From the IMG/VR virus record IMGVR_UViG_2529293217_000011: a DNA stretch of 20,446 nucleotides. One strand, written 5' to 3'. The notes under the pieces are model-generated. The model ran no database searches. It saw only the letters and a list, made by a program, of their open reading frames with translations, and was not told where the DNA came from. Below are positions 1 through 6,791 of the stretch, piece after piece (position 1 is the stretch's first letter; every line of letters starts with the position of its first letter). A program made the position numbers and the translations under genes. This DNA comes from a virus. Lineage: Duplodnaviria; Heunggongvirae; Uroviricota; Caudoviricetes.

Positions 1-359
1 ATTTCGCCGTCTGCCTCCGCAATGGCCACCGCCACATCCAGCACATCTTCCGCTTCACGCGTATCGTGTTTCACATCCTCAATCTCGCGTAACGCGGCAC
101 GACGACCAATTTTAAAATTGGTATCCAGCTGACCGATAATAGTTGCGCTAATCGCATTAATTTCCGAGGTAAACGCAGACAACGCAGGCTGATTACGTAA
201 GACCTGTTCGATCTTCGCTTTCTCGGATGCCTCGCATTCACCATCTGCATAGGCCACCAGGTATGCAGCGTTAATCACCGCCTGTGCCAGATCGCGTTTC
301 TCAAACTTTTTAATTTCCGCTGCCGCTCTGCGGGTTTTCTTTTTGAAGATTCCAAACAT
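1..359 (-). CDS. Hypothetical protein, 5' portion only (continues beyond window start); possibly TerB-like
   Basis: Open frame on - strand from ATG at 359 (AAGGA Shine-Dalgarno about 9 nt upstream) running off the window with no stop; N-terminus MFGIFKKKTRRAAAEIKKFEKRDLAQAVINAAYLVAYADGECE. Not in the ORF track because it is truncated by the window edge. TerB-like assignment is a weak impression only. Confidence 0.5.
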   Translation of the reverse strand, partial: MFGIFKKKTRRAAAEIKKFEKRDLAQAVINAAYLVAYADGECEASEKAKIEQVLRNQPALSAFTSEINAISATIIGQLDTNFKIGRRAALREIEDVKHDTREAEDVLDVAVAIAEADGE

Positions 360-490
360 CGTGACGTTCCTTTGGGTGGGTGAGCCAACGCCCGGGAGCG
401 ATCTGCCCACAGAGAAAGTCACACTGACCACTCCGTAAGCTCACCCCCGAAAGGCTCTGTGGTTGATATGCGCCGGGCGTGGCGCAGATA

Positions 491-515
491 CAAAAAAGGC
501 CCGCCGAAGCGAGCC
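491..515 (-). terminator. Rho-independent terminator downstream of the tRNA pair
   Basis: On the - strand a GC stem (GGCTCGC / GCGGGCC) with a UUCG loop is followed by TTTTTTG; lies immediately 3' of the tRNA at 529-605. Confidence 0.55.
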
Positions 516-528
516 TGGAAAATAAGTG

Positions 529-605
529 TGGCGCGTTGTAGTGGAGTCGAACCACTGACCGATTGCTTAGAAGGCAATTGCTCTGTCCGGCTGAGCTAAC
601 AACGC
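529..605 (-). tRNA. tRNA-Arg (anticodon TCT)
   Basis: 77-nt cloverleaf read by hand on the - strand: 7-bp acceptor stem GCGTTGT/ACAACGC, D-arm GCTC/GAGC, anticodon stem ATTGC/GCAAT with loop CTTCTAA (anticodon TCT), T-arm AGTGG-TTCGACT-CCACT, encoded CCA. Resembles the argN/argO-type tRNAs carried downstream of Q in lambdoid/Stx phages. Confidence 0.8.
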
Positions 606-705
606 AGAATACCGATAATGGACCGCCATCGGGGACCCGCCCCCGCACCAACAACCCTGTTATGGTGTCGTCTGCTCTTCCTGATAAGCTAATGGCGGTT
701 TGTGA

Positions 706-781
706 TGGTGGCCCTTGCTGGATTTGAACCAGCGACCTGGCGATTATGAGTCGCTCGCTCTCACCACTGAGCTAAAGGGCC
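706..781 (-). tRNA. tRNA with anticodon CAT, ileX/ileZ-like (tRNA-Ile2; Met cannot be excluded)
   Basis: 76-nt cloverleaf on - strand: acceptor GGCCCTT/AAGGGCC, anticodon loop CTCATAA, T-loop GGTTCAAATCC, encoded CCA. Close to the E. coli ileX sequence as I recall it. Confidence 0.8.
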
Positions 782-820
782 GGGAGCAGAATAATAACGG
801 TCCGTAATTAATTCCGCAAT

Positions 821-843
821 AAAAAACCCGCTCAATGGCGGGT
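821..843 (-). terminator. Rho-independent terminator between the Q-candidate gene and the tRNAs (tR'-like position)
   Basis: Stem ACCCGC/GCGGGT with 6-nt loop, followed on the - strand by TTTTTTATT; sits about 80 bp 3' of the gene ending at 921. Confidence 0.6.
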
Positions 844-920
844 TCTGGTAAAGTTCATGCGTTTGGTTCGCCTCGCGATACAGCTTTGCGAAGCTTACCG
901 GAATTGAAGCAGTTTTTACG

Positions 921-1475
921 TCAAAAAGCAATAACTTTTTTCTCTATACCAAAAGCCATAACCATTGGTTTGTACAAAATAAATTCTGCCACCTTTAGCC
1001 AATGCTCAATGCGTCTTTCACAGGTTCTTAAACTCCATTCCGGATGTGCATCATTCAGCAGTTCAGCCATTTTGCGCTTAGTCATCCCCCGCCCCACATA
1101 ACGCTGACTCAGAACATTGAGCAGCCCGGGATAACCTGCCAGTACTTCACCAATAACCCTGTCGATTATTAACGCCTCTGAATCGGTACAATGCACCAGC
1201 CAGCTTTTTTGCTTGCCGTTGATCATATCCCGCAAAAAAGCCTCAAGTTTAGGTTTGTCCAGACCTGCTTTTTTCATCCTCCGGAGCGCCTCGTTAATTG
1301 CCGTTTTTGTCAGCTTTTTAGAGGTCAGCAACTGGTTGAACATATTTCCCGTCTTACCGCCGCCAATATACGACCAGCGCCCCCACATACGTAGTTTCCC
1401 CTGAATCCAGACACTTTCCAGCGTGGTGAGACGAAGGTGCTCTCCGCTTTTTCCTGTGTTCGTTGGGTAAATCAT
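921..1475 (-). CDS. Hypothetical phage protein, 184 aa; positional candidate for late-gene antiterminator (Q-like)
   Basis: ORF-track frame 921..1595 trimmed to the ATG at 1475, which overlaps the upstream stop as ATGA (translational coupling). Last gene of the nin-type block before a terminator and tRNAs, the position Q occupies in lambdoid phages. No sequence motif I can tie to Q, so function is positional inference. Confidence 0.6.
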   Translation of the reverse strand: MIYPTNTGKSGEHLRLTTLESVWIQGKLRMWGRWSYIGGGKTGNMFNQLLTSKKLTKTAINEALRRMKKAGLDKPKLEAFLRDMINGKQKSWLVHCTDSEALIIDRVIGEVLAGYPGLLNVLSQRYVGRGMTKRKMAELLNDAHPEWSLRTCERRIEHWLKVAEFILYKPMVMAFGIEKKVIAF

Positions 1476-1762
1476 AAATAACCGTCCTTTCTCCAGATCT
1501 CTTGTGTGCGAAAAACACCTTCTGCATGCATCAGGCGCAATTCTTCTTTGGTGTAATCGCTGGTTTTTACTCTCCCGTCGATTAAATCGTGGCATGAGTT
1601 ACAGGCAATCGCTGCCTGCATATCGTGTGGCTTTATCGCTGTTCCGCACGTTCCCGCCAGCCTGTAATGCGCCAGCACAGAGGTTTCGGGATTGTGATTG
1701 CAGTAGCCAGGGATTCTGATCTGGCATATCTGGCCTTTAGCCGCTTTACGTAAATTCACCAT
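1472..1762 (-). CDS. YbcO-like DUF1364 protein (putative Cys-rich nin-region nuclease), 96 aa
   Basis: 96-aa ORF with cysteine cluster (CQIRIPGYC...ACNSCHDLIDGR) matching the pattern of E. coli DLP12 YbcO as I recall it; start overlaps the stop of the upstream gene (TAATG). Confidence 0.7.
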   Translation of the reverse strand: MVNLRKAAKGQICQIRIPGYCNHNPETSVLAHYRLAGTCGTAIKPHDMQAAIACNSCHDLIDGRVKTSDYTKEELRLMHAEGVFRTQEIWRKDGYL

Positions 1763-2361
1763 TACGCAAACTCCAGTAGTTGTGCGGCCACATTTTCAAC
1801 TTCCTCCTGAGAGGAGAATTTACGGAACAGAATCCAGTTCCACAGCACATTCAGTACAGATTTATAAACCTGCTGAAACTCGACTTCGTCCATATTCGCA
1901 AAAGCGATGGATTTTGCCCGACGCCCACGGCTACCGTCCGGATAAATATGCTCGGTGTAAAATCCGGCCTGAATGGTTACCCACTCGCGGAAAGCCTCAA
2001 ACGACTTTAGCAACGCCGTATCCCGGGTTCTACGAGTCGCAACGGTGTTAAGGTATTGCTCTGCGGCATCACTCAGGGCTGGCGTGTGTTCCCGACCAAC
2101 TGATTCGCACAGGTAATCAACGAAACCAGACAGCAGTTCTCGTTCGCGAGGCGTGATCGCCCCACCGACCGGAGTCCAGTAATCGAATCCCAGTTGCAGG
2201 AGTTTGAAAAAACGCTTGTGGAATGCGTAGTTACGCACACGCTTAAAATCTGCGTGTATCCACTCACCTATTTTGATTTGATGCAGAAAATCGCAACTCT
2301 CCGGCGTCGCCGGGAGAAGTAAACCAGAAGAAGTTTGTTTGACCAGTTGTATATGCGCCAT
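1762..2361 (-). CDS. Nin-region phage protein, DUF1367-like, 199 aa
   Basis: Complete 199-aa ORF directly upstream of and coupled to the YbcO-like gene; the family name is an impression from context, not a search result. Confidence 0.6.
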   Translation of the reverse strand: MAHIQLVKQTSSGLLLPATPESCDFLHQIKIGEWIHADFKRVRNYAFHKRFFKLLQLGFDYWTPVGGAITPRERELLSGFVDYLCESVGREHTPALSDAAEQYLNTVATRRTRDTALLKSFEAFREWVTIQAGFYTEHIYPDGSRGRRAKSIAFANMDEVEFQQVYKSVLNVLWNWILFRKFSSQEEVENVAAQLLEFA

Positions 2362-2780
2362 TTCTCAATCTCTCGATGGCGCAGTGCAGCAGATGCCAGT
2401 TGTTCAAGCTAGCACGCAAATTGTAAACCAGAATGCCAGGAAAAAACAAAACCCGCCGAAGCTGGTTGTGTGCGGTTGCGTTGAAGTCTCCTAGCCAAAG
2501 AGTAGCGGTGACCACTCCCCGCCGATAATCTTAGTTGTTTAATTTCGTAAGCTAACTAGGCTAAAAGCTCTCTGTTGTCTGCCTGTTGTACAATTAACAA
2601 AATGAACAACGAACTAGATATACCAACGCCAGAATGGTGCAACAAATCCCAAACAACACAGCAATGCAACAATAACATATGTTATTTTCCTCTCACGGGA
2701 TTCAGTCCTGAATTCTCATAAAGCTAATCTTTTTTTAAAAACATACTGTTAGATCACATGCACTTTCTTTCTTAACATCG

Positions 2781-2808
2781 TTGACTTCGCATGCGAAGCG
2801 TTTAAAAT
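2781..2808 (+). promoter_or_regulatory. Sigma70-type promoter for the GHKL ATPase operon with an embedded 14-bp perfect palindrome
   Basis: TTGACT (2781-2786), 16-bp spacer, TAAAAT (2803-2808), about 50 bp upstream of the ATG at 2861; the spacer contains the perfect palindrome CTTCGCATGCGAAG (2785-2798). Confidence 0.5.
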
Positions 2809-2860
2809 CAACAATTTGCACTTAAGGTATTTATTTTCCCAAACACATAGAGAGTAAATT

Positions 2861-4252
2861 ATGACTGAGAACACGACTCCAACAGCAGACTTTAGTCCTA
2901 GTAAAAGATTTTTTGTAAGTATGCTAACTCGAGATATCGACTTAAACGATGCCATACTTGATCTGCTTGATAACTGCGTCGATGGGGCTTTACGTACAAT
3001 AAAAGACACAAAAAAAACTTCAAAACCATATGAAGGATTTTATGCGAAACTTACGATTAATAAAGATGTCTTTATTATAGAAGACAATTGCGGAGGTATC
3101 CCTAAAAGCTTCCGAGAATATGCTTTTAAAATGGGACGACCCCATCAAAAAGAAGAAGAAAATGAAGGCACCGTTGGCGTCTATGGTATTGGTATGAAAA
3201 GAGCCATTTTTAAAATGGGTAGAGATTGCTCAATACAATCGAATAATCCCGATGGCGCATTCACTGTAGATATAACACCTGATTGGATCGATGGTGATGG
3301 TTGGAAAATACCGATGCACGAGAGTGACTATGATAACAAAAATCCAACAGGCACAACTATAGAGATAAAAAAACTCCATTCTAATGTGGCACAAAAATTT
3401 AATGAGAGCACATATCTTACTGATCTCTTTTTACAGATAAAACACTCATTGTCATTTATTATTCAAAAAGGATTTAAAATAGAATTAAATGGAGTTGTTG
3501 TTGAACATAATCCGATTAACATCATAACTGATCATTCTAAAATAGAACCATACATATATAAAGCTAAAATAGACGATGTTGATATCGATTTAGTTGTTGG
3601 CTTCTATAAAAATTTAGAAGATGACAATGATGATGTTTTAGAAAAAAGGAGTTCTGATGATGCTGGATGGACTGTCATTTGCAATGACCGCGTTGTTCTA
3701 TATTGTGATAAGACACATCTCACAGGTTGGGGCTTTGCTAATGTACCAAGGTTTCATACCCAATTTATAGCAATTTCTGGGGTTGTTCGCTTTACCAGTA
3801 AAAACCCAGAAAAATTACCAATAACAACAACGAAACGAGGTGTCGATCTTAGTTCTACATTGTACAATGATGTACGAAATAAAATGATTGAAGGGATGAT
3901 GCATTTTATTCGATTCACCAATCAGTGGAAAGGTGAGCATCTTGAAGAAGGGAAAAAATTACTTAAGTCAGCTCAGTCACATGAAGCTCAATCTTTATTT
4001 GAAATTACCCCACAATCAACTCCAGAAGATAAAAAAAATAACTGGTCCAACCCTAATAGAAACAAAAATGAGTGGCGATATACACCTAAGCTGCCTACCC
4101 CAGTAAAAAAAAGCTCTACTGTACGAATAATCTTCACCAGAGAGAAAGAAGATGTTAAAATTTTATCTAAATATTTCTTTGGACATGAAGATGCTAGCGC
4201 TTCTGATGTGGGGATGCAATGCTTTGATACGGTGATTGAAGAGGTGAAGTGA
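2861..4252 (+). CDS. GHKL-superfamily (Bergerat-fold) ATPase, MORC/MutL-like N-terminal domain, 463 aa
   Basis: N-terminal motifs read directly from the translation: motif I LDLLDNCVDGA (cf. MutL ELVENSLDA), motif II IEDNCGGIP (DNGxGI), motif III GVYGIGMKRAIF, motif IV NPTGTTIEI. About 290 C-terminal residues with no motif I recognise. Low-GC coding sequence. Confidence 0.8.
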   Translation: MTENTTPTADFSPSKRFFVSMLTRDIDLNDAILDLLDNCVDGALRTIKDTKKTSKPYEGFYAKLTINKDVFIIEDNCGGIPKSFREYAFKMGRPHQKEEENEGTVGVYGIGMKRAIFKMGRDCSIQSNNPDGAFTVDITPDWIDGDGWKIPMHESDYDNKNPTGTTIEIKKLHSNVAQKFNESTYLTDLFLQIKHSLSFIIQKGFKIELNGVVVEHNPINIITDHSKIEPYIYKAKIDDVDIDLVVGFYKNLEDDNDDVLEKRSSDDAGWTVICNDRVVLYCDKTHLTGWGFANVPRFHTQFIAISGVVRFTSKNPEKLPITTTKRGVDLSSTLYNDVRNKMIEGMMHFIRFTNQWKGEHLEEGKKLLKSAQSHEAQSLFEITPQSTPEDKKNNWSNPNRNKNEWRYTPKLPTPVKKSSTVRIIFTREKEDVKILSKYFFGHEDASASDVGMQCFDTVIEEVK

Positions 4253-5241
4253 TGTCTGGACAATACATTCCCTATCACTTAAGGCATAATAAGTCTATTG
4301 ATAGAGAGATTTTTCTCGAAAGCCTAAACCTCTTAAGCAAAAGACTAAATATTCAAGAATATACATATATAGGTTTTGGTGGTCCGATGCTTGAAGATTT
4401 TAGAATCATGCATAATCGTATCGCTCTTTCTGATATGATTTCTCTCGAAGAACAAGAGTCTACTCACATCAGACAAAAATATAATTTGCCTTATAATTGT
4501 ATTGATTGTAAGCTAATATCAGCTCATGACTTTATTCTTGATTATAGTTTTTCTAAACCATCAATAACATGGTTAGACTATGCCTCCCCGAAAAAAATAC
4601 AAACGGATCTAGATGATATACACTTACTAAGTACTAAAGTAAGCTCTTTTGATATTTTGAAGGTCACCTTCCCCATAAATCCTAGTTCTTATTACCAACG
4701 TAGAGTTGGAGAAAGTTTAGATATTTTTAAAGAAGCTTTTATTAATTCATTAAAATCATTGCTTGGGAAAAAGTATCTTGATTTTAATCTTCAGATATCA
4801 AATGCAGATCTTTCAGATCGTAAGATTAAAGCTCTTTTAATACGAATTATTACAAACGCTTTTAGATCAGCAATAGAACGTGGTCTTTCAGGACGTAAGG
4901 ATAAGATTCAGTATTACCCATTATCCTTAAATCAATATAATGATGGCAGTCATACCATGTTGACAATATCAGGTTTTTTCTCCTCAGAACAAGAATATAT
5001 AGAGTTATCTAAGGCATGCGACCTTTCTAACTGGCAATTTTATTCAACAAATTGGGAAGACGTGCAAGAAATAGCAATACCAACACTAACAATTAAAGAA
5101 AAGATAAATTTAGATAGTAAACTGCCTGATAAAGAAGCATATCAGGCAGCCGCTGAAGAGTTCTCTTTAAACGAAAATGAACGGGATAACTATTATAAAT
5201 ACTATAGGTTATACCCTAACTTCCAAAGAATTATGGTTTAA
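4252..5241 (+). CDS. Hypothetical protein, about 330 aa, translationally coupled partner of the GHKL ATPase
   Basis: ATG at 4252 overlaps the TGA stop of the ATPase gene (TGATG); the ORF track starts it at GTG 4249. AT-rich like its neighbour. No catalytic motif (PD-(D/E)xK, HNH, PLD) could be assigned by eye. Confidence 0.7.
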   Translation: MSGQYIPYHLRHNKSIDREIFLESLNLLSKRLNIQEYTYIGFGGPMLEDFRIMHNRIALSDMISLEEQESTHIRQKYNLPYNCIDCKLISAHDFILDYSFSKPSITWLDYASPKKIQTDLDDIHLLSTKVSSFDILKVTFPINPSSYYQRRVGESLDIFKEAFINSLKSLLGKKYLDFNLQISNADLSDRKIKALLIRIITNAFRSAIERGLSGRKDKIQYYPLSLNQYNDGSHTMLTISGFFSSEQEYIELSKACDLSNWQFYSTNWEDVQEIAIPTLTIKEKINLDSKLPDKEAYQAAAEEFSLNENERDNYYKYYRLYPNFQRIMV

Positions 5242-6360
5242 ATATTCGGGCTGTACTCTTTTATTTAATAAATTGTACAGCCCCTTTAATATATATTCAG
5301 CAACTATTGGTGACACGCTATTTCCTATTTGTCTGAAACTATGCCATTTAGTTACATGAAAGCGAAACCAATCAGGGAAGCCTTGTAATCTAGCAGCTTC
5401 TCTTGGTGTAATCACTCTTGGATGATAAGGGTGGATCGGCCTGACGGCTTGAAAGCTTCCTTTATCTCTAGCGGTTCCCGCCCTTAAAGTCGGGCAAAAA
5501 CCATTTGGATCTAATCTTGTAGATCTTGAAATTTTATCAGTTTCCCCAAAAGATAAGGAAGCATAACGCTCTTGGACGATTTTGCTATGTAATGTTCCGG
5601 TACATCCAGATATGATATTATTTTTTAACTTAGCGATCGATTCTGTATCACCAACATTCCGAGGGATCTGCCCCCATAATTTTTCATAAAATCCCCCTTT
5701 TCGATCTTTTTTAATTGTTCGCCAACTCTCAGAGTCTGATTGCCAATTGGCATCGATAATATCTGGTAATCCATACAAAGCATCTTTTACAGTAACCGGA
5801 TCAATCATTTTAGGCATAAATACTTCATCTGAAATATCAAGCTTCAATGATTTTTTTACACCGATAAAAAAATATCTAGTTCGAATAGTTGGAGCACCAT
5901 AATCAGATGCTTTTACCTTGATGGGATCAAGAATATCATAATCACCGCTAACCAAATTAAATGCTTTATTTCTAATGCCAGAATATTTCTCTTGCATAAT
6001 ACCTGGAACATTTTCTGCCAAAAAGAATAATGGCTGTAATTCTGATACTAAACGGTAGAAATGCATGTAAAGCTGATTCCTGCTATCATCAGGATTCCCC
6101 TTGCCTATTGAACTAAATCCTTGGCACGGAGGACCGCCAATAATACCATCTATGGGCATATCGTTTTTAAAAAAACCCTTAATTATTTCTGCATTTAGTA
6201 AAGAAACATCTTCTTGGACGTGCAAACTTCTTGGAAAATTAATTGCGTGAGTATTAATAGCATGTTGATCAATTTCAACTGCCATTTTAACATCAAATCC
6301 AGCACGTGCAGCACCAAGACTTAGACCTCCAACGCCAGAAAACAAATCTATTACATTCAT
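5209..6360 (-). CDS. DNA (cytosine-5)-methyltransferase, 383 aa
   Basis: Canonical C5-MTase motifs: motif I DLFSGVGG, motif IV GGPPCQGFS (catalytic PCQ), ENV, C-terminal motif X QIGNSVSP. The 3' end overlaps the convergent partner gene by 33 bp (5209-5241). Confidence 0.9.
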   Translation of the reverse strand: MNVIDLFSGVGGLSLGAARAGFDVKMAVEIDQHAINTHAINFPRSLHVQEDVSLLNAEIIKGFFKNDMPIDGIIGGPPCQGFSSIGKGNPDDSRNQLYMHFYRLVSELQPLFFLAENVPGIMQEKYSGIRNKAFNLVSGDYDILDPIKVKASDYGAPTIRTRYFFIGVKKSLKLDISDEVFMPKMIDPVTVKDALYGLPDIIDANWQSDSESWRTIKKDRKGGFYEKLWGQIPRNVGDTESIAKLKNNIISGCTGTLHSKIVQERYASLSFGETDKISRSTRLDPNGFCPTLRAGTARDKGSFQAVRPIHPYHPRVITPREAARLQGFPDWFRFHVTKWHSFRQIGNSVSPIVAEYILKGLYNLLNKRVQPEYLNHNSLEVRV

Positions 6361-6392
6361 ATAGTTGCAACGTCTCTTATTAGTTTCTATGT

Positions 6393-6401
6393 ATTATAAC
6401 A
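6393..6401 (-). promoter_or_regulatory. Extended -10 element (TGtTATAAT) upstream of the methyltransferase gene
   Basis: On the - strand TGTTATAAT lies about 33 nt upstream of the MTase ATG (6360) in an AT-rich leader. Confidence 0.4.
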
Positions 6402-6791
6402 CAACTGTTCTTGATGTTTTAACCCCATAAGATAACCTCATAAAGGCTATCCCTTGAAAATACCGGATCGCATAAATTTAATCTTTCAAAACTACTTGTC
6501 TATTAATCGAGCAATTTAAGGTTGTTTTAGTCATGTCGATACCGACATAGTTAACTAAACCCATTTCATCGTCCAACAAATGGGGGTAATACACTTTGAT
6601 TTATAGTCGGGTGGGTTTTTCTCTATCTGCCTTTGGTGTTCATGCCCAAGGCAGATAGCCTCAAGCACCCGCAGCAATTCTACTTAACTATCCTTTTCCC
6701 GCAAATCGTTTTTATCCCCAGCGGCAAATCGAATACACAACCAGCGCCACCGCCATCGCAATTCCTACCGTTGTGAATGCTTCAGGCCAGG

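Noticed and set aside
360-528. Possible third tRNA, by analogy with the ileZ-argN-argO triplet of Stx phages
   Set aside because: I could not fold any segment here into a cloverleaf with a T-loop GTTCRA motif; only a terminator hairpin is supported.
310-654. 114-aa ORF on the - strand from the six-frame track
   Set aside because: It runs across the tRNA(TCT) gene and terminator and is out of frame with the real upstream gene starting at 359; an artefact of the open frame.
845-920. Late promoter (pR'-like) between the Q-candidate and the terminator
   Set aside because: A TTGACG hexamer is present on the - strand but no -10 element lies at acceptable spacing; too weak to call.
835-1101. 88-aa + strand ORF
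   Set aside because: It overlaps the terminator and the antisense strand of the Q-candidate gene; no ribosome-binding site and no coherent protein features.
2749-3009. 86-aa - strand ORF overlapping the GHKL ATPase promoter and start
   Set aside because: It is antisense to a strongly supported gene and AT-rich sequence gives long spurious frames.
3988-4278. 96-aa - strand ORF inside the ATPase gene
   Set aside because: Antisense to the 3' end of the ATPase gene; no independent support.
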